Below are positions 17,470 through 24,910 of a stretch of DNA of 64,000 nt, piece by piece. The stretch covers positions 1,113 to 65,112 of IMG/VR virus record IMGVR_UViG_3300050821_004803. One strand, 5' to 3'. Position 1 is the stretch's first letter; each line of letters begins with the position of its first letter. The notes under the pieces were generated by a model, which saw only the letters and a program-made list of their open reading frames with translations, ran no database searches and was not told the origin of the DNA. This stretch comes from a virus. Its lineage: Duplodnaviria; Caudoviricetes. Made by a program: the position numbers and the translations under genes.

Positions 17470-19883
17470 CCCCTCTGGGAGCCAACCTGAAAGTTTGTGA
17501 AATAGCGGCTTGTGCTGGGTGTCCGCTAAGAAAGAAAAATCCAGATGCTATATTTGTTCCTCCTCGTGTTGGCAGTAATCTTCGTTTGGAGATTGGTGAC
17601 TACCCAGGACGTGTCGCTGCAGAGCTTGGACATCCCCTTGGTGGTGGCTCCGGTGGCTGGCTCACGTCGATGTATTCTAAAGCCGGTCTTGAAGAAAAAG
17701 AAAACTCTGTCCTAAACGTAATTCAATGTAAACAACCCGAAGAGGAGTTTCCGAAAAATGAGCATGAGGCCATCGAGCACTGCCGAAAAGCCCACGTGGA
17801 ACCCTTCCTTGCATCCAAACCTTGGACTCGTGTTGATGTGTTTGGAGAATATCCGCTCAAATATATTCTCCAAAAGAATCTTGAAATCTCTAGATGGCGT
17901 GGAACTATTTTATCCGTACCAGCTCTCGACAATTCAAAGATTGCTATTCCTACCTTCCATCCTAGATATATCGCCAAAGATCAAGCCATGTTCCCGGTGG
18001 CGATTAATGATCTACGGAAAACGCTCACCGTTGAACCAGAATATTATAACATTTATCCCTCCCTCAACGATGTCAGACAATTTCGATCAACCCGCTTTGC
18101 TTTTGACATTGAAACAAATGGATGGACAAAAGAGATCAACATTGTTGGACTTTGTTCAGAAGATTATAGGGTAATAGTTGTACCATTTATCGGAGAGTAT
18201 GTTGACGAGTTACGACGCATATTTGCAAACGCCACAGAAGTCATTGGTCAGAATCTGGTTCAGTTTGACTTACCTGTGTTGGCTCACAATGGCATTTATA
18301 TTCGTGGCCCTGAAGAGTGTGTGGTATGGGATACGATGCTTATGCATCATCTACGCTTCCCAGTATTCCCCCACGATCTTGAGTTCATTGGCAAACAATT
18401 TACGAACAAAGGCGCATGGAAAGCCGATAAAGTTTCTTTCGAAACATATTGCGCGAGAGACGTTGATGTCACCTGGCGATCCTTTCATCCGCTTAAAGAA
18501 CTTTTGGTTCAAGCCGGTCTCTTAGATAACTATAAATATATCAGTTGGCCGCTGGCTAAAATTTGCAAATTGATGACCGATATAGGTTTATCCCGATCAT
18601 TCAATCGAATTGCTAAACTTCGGGATGAGCTACACGAAATTATCAAAGTACAAGAGGGGTTATTGCCTGGGCATCTTAGAACTTTTACTAAGTATGTAAA
18701 CAAGCGAAAACCGGCTCCCGAAGGTACAGTCAACGAAAAAGGCAGACTAGTTAAGTATATTTATGAGCCGGTAGCGGAGGTTGAGGTTCCTTGGCGGTCG
18801 TCGGCTGTCAAAATGAAATTCCTCTATGAGGAGCTTCGGGACGCTAAGGGTAAAAAGCTTGAAGTGGTTAAACACATCAAGACGAAACAACCCACAACCG
18901 ACAAAAATGCCCTTGACAAGTTGTATGTTCGTCATAAACTACCGGAACTTCGGGCACTTAAAGAGCTTCAACGCTGTGCCACACTGTTGCAGGGTTTTGC
19001 TAAAGAGGACTTAAAAGTAAACGATGTCTTACACCCATCTTTCAACCCCCACGGAACAGAAACAGGACGTCTTAGTTCGAGTGGTCCTAACATTCAGAAC
19101 CAGCCAAGCGCTGTGCGATATTCTTACGTCCCAAGAAATGCCGGAGGAAAGATTGTCTCGGTTGATTACTCGGGCATTGAAAACCGACTCGTTGCGGATT
19201 TTGCGAGAGATCGAAAACGTAGAGAGTGGTTCAAAGACATCAATTTCTCTGAACATAAATACCTAGCGGCTCTTATTGAAGGAATTGCTTATGAAGAAGT
19301 CGTCAAATCCAAGGACAAAGATTCTCCTTATGCAATGGCGAAAGTCATTGTCCACGGGTCTGACCGTCTCATGGGTGCTAAGAAAATTGCCGCCCAATAT
19401 GACCTTGACATTGATCGAGTAAAAGATTTTCAAGCAATTTGGAAGAGAGAAATCTCGGATACTATTGCTTGGCAATCCCGAGTAGGAGCAGAGGCTGCTA
19501 GGATCGGCTGGCTCTCTAACCCCTTCGGGCGTAAGTTGTGGTTGTGGGAAAGCAATTCAATAACTAAGGCGGTGTCGTTTATGCCTCAGTCCACAGCTGC
19601 TGATGTTATCTTTCGGGCTATGATTGCGCTTATGTATGAGCGCATTGGATGGCCAAAAGAGTGGGCATTAAAGATTGCACCGTACGTGGAATCGTTGCCT
19701 GAAGGGGTCCTACTGCTGGCCCAGGTACACGACGAATTGTTGTGTGAAACCGAAAATGCAGATCAAGTAAATCCTACACTAGAGGTTCTGGAACGGGTGA
19801 TGACGCAACCCTGGCCAGAGTTAAACGGGTTGTCCCTTCCTATAGGGAAGGCGTCAGGTGATTCTTGGGGAGATTGTGAATGA
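17316..19883 (+). CDS. polA: family A DNA polymerase with N-terminal UDG-like domain and 3'-5' exonuclease
   Basis: UDG-like CAGC, GDYPG, NVIQC, PTFHP; Exo DIET, NLVQFD, YCARD; Pol TGRLSS, DYSGIE, QSTAAD, VHDE. True start probably near 17487. Confidence 0.93.
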   Translation: MRTHTRRIRTNGAQRNSVRKRIAPGCYVPKVQCSYCSRPRRYKEKNKLQALTPLGANLKVCEIAACAGCPLRKKNPDAIFVPPRVGSNLRLEIGDYPGRVAAELGHPLGGGSGGWLTSMYSKAGLEEKENSVLNVIQCKQPEEEFPKNEHEAIEHCRKAHVEPFLASKPWTRVDVFGEYPLKYILQKNLEISRWRGTILSVPALDNSKIAIPTFHPRYIAKDQAMFPVAINDLRKTLTVEPEYYNIYPSLNDVRQFRSTRFAFDIETNGWTKEINIVGLCSEDYRVIVVPFIGEYVDELRRIFANATEVIGQNLVQFDLPVLAHNGIYIRGPEECVVWDTMLMHHLRFPVFPHDLEFIGKQFTNKGAWKADKVSFETYCARDVDVTWRSFHPLKELLVQAGLLDNYKYISWPLAKICKLMTDIGLSRSFNRIAKLRDELHEIIKVQEGLLPGHLRTFTKYVNKRKPAPEGTVNEKGRLVKYIYEPVAEVEVPWRSSAVKMKFLYEELRDAKGKKLEVVKHIKTKQPTTDKNALDKLYVRHKLPELRALKELQRCATLLQGFAKEDLKVNDVLHPSFNPHGTETGRLSSSGPNIQNQPSAVRYSYVPRNAGGKIVSVDYSGIENRLVADFARDRKRREWFKDINFSEHKYLAALIEGIAYEEVVKSKDKDSPYAMAKVIVHGSDRLMGAKKIAAQYDLDIDRVKDFQAIWKREISDTIAWQSRVGAEAARIGWLSNPFGRKLWLWESNSITKAVSFMPQSTAADVIFRAMIALMYERIGWPKEWALKIAPYVESLPEGVLLLAQVHDELLCETENADQVNPTLEVLERVMTQPWPELNGLSLPIGKASGDSWGDCE

Positions 19884-20182
19884 ACGTAGAAGTTGGTAAA
19901 GTGGCTTTTATGAAGACCAGCGACGAACCTGTTTTTGTGTTGGAGATTGATGGAAAGGTAGCCCGTGTTCGTAGACCGGTGCAGACAGAGGATGGGGTTT
20001 TTCATCGTACCGAAACCTTCGAACTCCGGGAGCTACATACGAAGAAGGCTGCGATTGTTGCAGAGATGGAACTTAATAGGTTTATGCTGGAACAGCGGGA
20101 TCAACTTGCCGATGAGCGACGTAAAGCATCAAAGGATGCCGGTGATCCCTTTTCGGAACCGAAGGAATCCTTTCTTAACTAG
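19880..20182 (+). CDS. hypothetical protein
   Basis: ATGA overlap with the polymerase gene. Confidence 0.7.
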   Translation: MNVEVGKVAFMKTSDEPVFVLEIDGKVARVRRPVQTEDGVFHRTETFELRELHTKKAAIVAEMELNRFMLEQRDQLADERRKASKDAGDPFSEPKESFLN

Positions 20183-21330
20183 TGGACCTCAACATCCCGG
20201 ATTGTCTACCGCATGATAGTTGGTTCCGACGTTGGATGGATATATGGCCCACGTCGGAATCACCTAAGCCATTTATTTTATTCTCTGCGATGGCGATGTT
20301 TGGGGCTTGTTTAGGAAGACGAGTTTGGTTGGATCAAGACATACATCAGGTTAGGCCAATGCTTAATGTGCTGTTGATTGGTCCCTCGGGAATTGGCAAG
20401 AGTACCGCTGTAAAAATTGCCAAACGTCTTCTTCCATACGTACCAGAAAGCCATCGTGCCCAGTTTATTGAGGGTGGGTCTACAAAAGAAAAGCTCCATC
20501 AGGATTTGCTAGATCAACCAAAAGCAATCTTATTTGCGCAAGAACTGGCAGCATTCTTTTCCAAAGAAAAATATAAGGAAAACCTGATACCATATGTCAC
20601 TAATCTTCTCGACTATGAAGACGTTATTGAACTTAGAACTCGTCGAGATGGTACTAGCCGTGTTATTGAACCTAGCGTTTCTATCATTGGTGGCTCTACA
20701 CTGGAGTGGTTGCAAAATATGCTTCCTGATAGCGCTGTCAGCGGCGGTTTTCTTGCACGTTTCCTTATTCTTAACGAGGATTCTAAGGGACAGAAAATTG
20801 CGAATCCTCATCGCTTGTTGTCAAGCCGTTCTAAGGCAGCACTCGAAGTAACTCGCAACAAAGTCTACTCGGACTTCTCCGATCTCTTCACAGTCCACGA
20901 AGGCAATATGGACTACGAAGATTACGAAGCTGCTGAAACCTATGCAAAGTGGTATAACGCCTATCAACCCGAAACTGGATATCTTGCTCCGTTCGCTGCA
21001 AGAGCTGGAGAGCTTATCCTCCGCTTGTCGATGCTCCTTGCTATATCATCCAGACGAACTACCATCTCAGCGACAGACATTACTAGCGGTATTGCGCTCT
21101 ACGCTTACGTTGCAAGCCGCCTTGGGCGAGTTGTTGTAGCGACTAATGTGCAGGGTAAGGTCGGTGAATTGGTCAGAAGTACGGTTAGTGGAGAGGGGTT
21201 GGGGCCTGGCTCTATTGTGGGCTTGCTCCGAGTTCAAGCTCCATATTCTGATATCGAAAAACACTTAGAGGGACTTATATACTCTGGATCTCTAACTAAC
21301 GAAGAAGGAAAGATCAGACATTCCGAATGA
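20182..21330 (+). CDS. DUF3987/YfjI-like P-loop NTPase, putative replicative helicase
   Basis: GPSGIGKST, ELAAF, SIIGGST, GGFLARF; position after the polymerase; no primase domain visible. Confidence 0.75.
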   Translation: MDLNIPDCLPHDSWFRRWMDIWPTSESPKPFILFSAMAMFGACLGRRVWLDQDIHQVRPMLNVLLIGPSGIGKSTAVKIAKRLLPYVPESHRAQFIEGGSTKEKLHQDLLDQPKAILFAQELAAFFSKEKYKENLIPYVTNLLDYEDVIELRTRRDGTSRVIEPSVSIIGGSTLEWLQNMLPDSAVSGGFLARFLILNEDSKGQKIANPHRLLSSRSKAALEVTRNKVYSDFSDLFTVHEGNMDYEDYEAAETYAKWYNAYQPETGYLAPFAARAGELILRLSMLLAISSRRTTISATDITSGIALYAYVASRLGRVVVATNVQGKVGELVRSTVSGEGLGPGSIVGLLRVQAPYSDIEKHLEGLIYSGSLTNEEGKIRHSE

Positions 21331-21381
21331 CGCAGGGCATTAAGATTACCCCCAGGCCAAACCCCTCAGAAGGATAAACTT

Positions 21382-22161
21382 TTGGCCAACAAACCGAATT
21401 TGTGGGTTTGTTTGTTCGACCTACACCACCCAAAGGTCCACAAACCTACTTGGAATGCTGCACTTGATTTTATTCAGAAGAATTCTAAGAAGATTGCTGG
21501 GGTCTACTTCGGTGGCGACCAGTTTGATAACTCGGAAATCTCCCACCATAACGCAGGTAAACCTCTCTATAAACCAACAGGGAGTTATGCAAAGAATACA
21601 GAATCCTTTGATAAGGATATTCTTTGGCCGTTAGAGAATGTTCTTTCCAAAGGTACTACAAAGATTTGGCAGATAGGTAACCATGACGATTGGGAGCTAC
21701 AGTTTGTCGAGAGCCACCCAGAATTTGAGGGAGCGGTGGAGCGTCCAATCCTTCTTAAGCTGGAGTCGCGAGGTTGGGAGATTATCCCTTGCGGCTCTGG
21801 TTATCAGCTGGGTAAGCTCACTCTTATACATGGGGAGACTCTTTCAGGGGTGGGTAATCAGGCTGCAGGTTATCACGCGAAAAAAGCCGTGGAGACTTAC
21901 TGTGGAAGCGTTCTCTACGGGCATATGCATTCACCTCAATCTTACACGAAGGTGTTGCCTCACCATCAGACAGATAAGTGGCAAGGAATCTGTGCCCCCA
22001 TATTGGGCGCGACCAATCCTGGATACCTACGTAACAGACCTACAGCTTGGCTCAATGGTTTCTGTGTGGTCGAGATGCAAGAAAACGGAAACTTCAACGT
22101 TTATTCCGTTGTGGTAGTTGGCGGAAAATTTAGCTTTGGTGGGGTGGTTTATGGAAAGTAA
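21382..22161 (+). CDS. metallophosphoesterase/nuclease
   Basis: DLH, GGDQFD, GNHD, HG, YGHMH, W.NGF. Confidence 0.85.
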   Translation: MANKPNLWVCLFDLHHPKVHKPTWNAALDFIQKNSKKIAGVYFGGDQFDNSEISHHNAGKPLYKPTGSYAKNTESFDKDILWPLENVLSKGTTKIWQIGNHDDWELQFVESHPEFEGAVERPILLKLESRGWEIIPCGSGYQLGKLTLIHGETLSGVGNQAAGYHAKKAVETYCGSVLYGHMHSPQSYTKVLPHHQTDKWQGICAPILGATNPGYLRNRPTAWLNGFCVVEMQENGNFNVYSVVVVGGKFSFGGVVYGK

Positions 22162-22552
22162 AAGACCACCCTTGACGGTGGCTATTGATTTTGATGGTAC
22201 TCTTTGTGATGCTTGCTTTCCGGATATTGGTACAATAAAAGAGGGGGCACGTGAAGCGCTTCAGTTCTTTAAGGATTTGGGCTATCGTATCATTATTTAC
22301 TCGTGTCGTACTTGCCATTGGCACCACGACATATTCGGTGGCAGTGTTGATGAACCCTCAATGGAACGGACAACAGTTAGGCAAATGGTTGCTTGGCTGG
22401 ATTCCAATGGTCTGCCTTATGATTTGGTGGATGATGGTAGCCGAGGAAAGGTTGTCGCCGATTACTACATAGATGACAAAGCTATACGATTTGACAATAA
22501 CTGGCCAGAGATTCAGTTTTTTGTAGGGGTGTCCCATGCCGCTTCCAACTGA
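22151..22552 (+). CDS. HAD-superfamily hydrolase
   Basis: AIDFDGTL, IYSCR, K.VADYYIDDKA. Confidence 0.85.
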   Translation: MESKRPPLTVAIDFDGTLCDACFPDIGTIKEGAREALQFFKDLGYRIIIYSCRTCHWHHDIFGGSVDEPSMERTTVRQMVAWLDSNGLPYDLVDDGSRGKVVADYYIDDKAIRFDNNWPEIQFFVGVSHAASN

Positions 22553-22901
22553 TCCAAAGGATCGAAAGAAAACCCCTCTTTGGTCTGGGTTAGTTAAATA
22601 TTTTCCAGATGCCCTTATTGCGGTATCTCAAGTATCCTACGCTGGAAATGAACAACATAACCCAGGCGAACCTCTTCACTGGGCGCGAGGGAAATCAATG
22701 GATCAAGAAGATACTTTGCTTCGTCATCTATGGGAAAGTGGGACAGTGGATATTGATGGACACAGACACTCAGCAAAAGTTGCTTGGCGCGCCCTTGCCA
22801 TGCTCCAACTGGAAATCGAACGAACCAGCGTTCCAGACGCAACCGGAACTAGTGAAGACCTGTCCCAGATGCTACTCCCTTTTGATGGAAAGTCGCTGTA
22901 A
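22536..22901 (+). CDS. dATP/dGTP diphosphohydrolase-like protein (DUF5664-like)
   Basis: FPDALIAVSQVS..GNEQHNPGEPLHW..KS....LLRH...H.AKVAWRALA pattern. Confidence 0.78.
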   Translation: MPLPTDPKDRKKTPLWSGLVKYFPDALIAVSQVSYAGNEQHNPGEPLHWARGKSMDQEDTLLRHLWESGTVDIDGHRHSAKVAWRALAMLQLEIERTSVPDATGTSEDLSQMLLPFDGKSL

Positions 22902-22960
22902 GCTTATTTGTTATACCTGTAACTTTTATTTGTCGTGCTCAGACTTTTACTAGGAGAAAA

Positions 22961-23305
22961 ATGAAACTCTACACCTTTGCACTATTTGTCGCATTTGCAA
23001 CATCTGCCATTGCACAAAATCTTCCCAGCACCCCAATCCCGGAACCTGCTCGTACTCAGATTGAACTAGCCATAACAAAGCTAGACAAAACTCAACTACA
23101 GGCGCAGGTTGTCCAGTCCCAAGCAAAAGCGGCTATGGACCAACTTCAATCGGATTTTGCTACCGAACAAAGGGCACTTAACGATCTGGTTGCTGCGGAG
23201 AAGAAGGCTCTGAAACTCCCCGATAATGCTGTGATGGACCAAAAAACTTTTACTTTTAGCGTTCCAGCAGCATCGAAGGCAGCAACACCAGAACTTAAGA
23301 AGTAA
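22961..23305 (+). CDS. secreted coiled-coil hypothetical protein
   Basis: AGGAG RBS; signal peptide MKLYTFALFVAFATSAIA. Confidence 0.7.
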   Translation: MKLYTFALFVAFATSAIAQNLPSTPIPEPARTQIELAITKLDKTQLQAQVVQSQAKAAMDQLQSDFATEQRALNDLVAAEKKALKLPDNAVMDQKTFTFSVPAASKAATPELKK

Positions 23306-23320
23306 GAGGGGTTTGGCCTG

Positions 23321-24256
23321 GTGCGTGGAACTATACACAATCTTCAGGCTCGGTTTGAGAATTACGTTGCACTAACGGCTTCTCAACCTACCAGTGTTCG
23401 ATATTCAAAGGCTTTAAATAACTTCTTTGACCATTTCACGGACAAGTTTGATCCGGAGGATTTCTCAAGGAAAGATATTGAAGATTATAAGATATATCGA
23501 CTTCGCGAGAAAGTCTCTTCCAAAACGGTCAACTACGAAGTTCAAGTAGTGAAGTCGTTCTGGAATTGGCTTGTGCGAATGGAGGCGAGTCCTTACAATC
23601 CTTGTACCACCACTAAGCGGCTGAAGGAAGTTGAGCCAGCAAAAAGATCGTTGAGCCTTGAGGATCAAGAGAAAGTGTATGAAGCAGTATCTACTTTTGG
23701 CTCTCCTTTGGATAATCTACTTGTTGGTCTTGCCCTTTCTACTGGTTTGCGGGCAGAAACTCTTATACGGCTCGAAACCGCGGATGTTGACTTTGAAACA
23801 GCTACTCTCCGAATTCCTGCCGCAAAAATGAAAGCCGGACGGAACCACGAGGTTCCAATCCGGCAGGATGTAATGGAGCTGATTAAAGAATTACCCGAAG
23901 GAAGATTCTTCAATGGTTACTCACGTACTGCACGTAGTTTATCTGACCGCTTTAGTCGTATCCTCCGTCGTAGCGGTATTTTGGGTCATCGCGGATTACG
24001 CACCGCCAGGAGATCATTTGCTACAACACTTCTTCGAACGGGTACGGACATCGGTCTGGTACAAACGCTCATGGGGCACCGATCCGTTCTAACGACTTCA
24101 CGATACTTAACTGTGGCTGATTCTGCTACGACCAAAGCTGCGATTGACCGTTTACCGAAGGGAGCTTCAAATGATTCACATGCTTCTAACCCTAACACTG
24201 TTGATGGTACCAACACCGAAACCACCGGAACCAACACAGATTCCACTATCAATTAA
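23321..24256 (+). CDS. tyrosine recombinase/integrase (XerC/D-like)
   Basis: TGLR, KMK, RTARRSFAT (HxxR variant), LMGH, TSRY; N-terminal core-binding domain. Confidence 0.9.
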   Translation: MRGTIHNLQARFENYVALTASQPTSVRYSKALNNFFDHFTDKFDPEDFSRKDIEDYKIYRLREKVSSKTVNYEVQVVKSFWNWLVRMEASPYNPCTTTKRLKEVEPAKRSLSLEDQEKVYEAVSTFGSPLDNLLVGLALSTGLRAETLIRLETADVDFETATLRIPAAKMKAGRNHEVPIRQDVMELIKELPEGRFFNGYSRTARSLSDRFSRILRRSGILGHRGLRTARRSFATTLLRTGTDIGLVQTLMGHRSVLTTSRYLTVADSATTKAAIDRLPKGASNDSHASNPNTVDGTNTETTGTNTDSTIN

Positions 24257-24395
24257 AACCGTCTGCAAACAACTGGATGGCTTTTACTCTGAAACCACGG
24301 GTATGTGTTATCTACCAATGTCTTTACCTCAACCAACCCCCGCGCCCCTTAGCGAGAGAACCGTATCGCTCGGTGCAGCAATGGGAGGTGGCTAG
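24171..24395 (+). CDS. small Pro-rich secreted hypothetical protein
   Basis: GGGAG RBS; hydrophobic N-terminus; two Cys. Confidence 0.4.
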   Translation: MIHMLLTLTLLMVPTPKPPEPTQIPLSIKTVCKQLDGFYSETTGMCYLPMSLPQPTPAPLSERTVSLGAAMGGG

Positions 24396-24586
24396 GCGGG
24401 TTTGCGCGGAACACCCAAATGCCGCAGTTTGGCTGCCTAGAACTCCCGGTAACTGGGAGCAGTTTGCTTGTCCTGATGTTATGAAAATTTACGATCCTGG
24501 TATTGACTTGATCGACCAGTACATCAAGATAGATAAGCTTATACAAAAGCCACCAGGCTAAACCCCTCTTTTAGGGACTTATATAC

Positions 24587-24615
24587 TTGACTTCCGTAAG
24601 GAACTCAGGTATCTT
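24587..24615 (+). promoter_or_regulatory. sigma70-like promoter
   Basis: TTGACT-N17-TATCTT, followed after 6 nt by the ATG at 24622 (leaderless). Confidence 0.6.
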
Positions 24616-24621
24616 TAAGTC

Positions 24622-24900
24622 ATGAGCAAGAGTACAATCCGGCTGTTTTCGCGCAACGGTCGGCACTGGAGGAACAATATGGGCATACGATTCTCAAAGA
24701 TACGACGCTGGTTCAACTGGCGGTCACCGGACTCAAGCGAGAAGTTAGAGCACGAGAGGCTATTGACATTGGCCCGTGCGAATGTGGCGCGTGAATATGG
24801 CACAGACCATTGCGGTTGCTCCGATGTCATGCCGTGCGTGTGTTCCATGGTTTCCATTGAGTATTCTCGCCTCAAATCGTTCAGGAAGTCAAGTATATAA
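24622..24900 (+). CDS. hypothetical protein inside the IR-bounded cassette
   Basis: 92-aa ORF whose stop is the end of the right IR; overlapped by antisense ORF 24615-24857. Confidence 0.4.
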   Translation: MSKSTIRLFSRNGRHWRNNMGIRFSKIRRWFNWRSPDSSEKLEHERLLTLARANVAREYGTDHCGCSDVMPCVCSMVSIEYSRLKSFRKSSI

Positions 24901-24910
24901 ATCCCCTCTT

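Larger units (their letters stand above)
24574..24905. repeat. 17-bp perfect inverted repeat (21/22 when extended) bounding a ~330-bp cassette
   Basis: TTATATACTTGACTTCC at 24579-24595 and GGAAGTCAAGTATATAA at 24884-24900. Confidence 0.9.

Noticed and set aside
21269-21283. 15-bp match AGGGACTTATATACT to the left IR region at 24573
   Set aside because: A few 15-mer matches are expected by chance in 64 kb; it lies in coding sequence and lacks the TTGACT core
22662-22677. Degenerate motif-like CCAGGCGAACCTCTT (also look-alikes near 4164, 7666 and 27188)
   Set aside because: Two or more mismatches in the conserved halves; the 22662 case encodes the family-typical NPGEPL peptide; not counted
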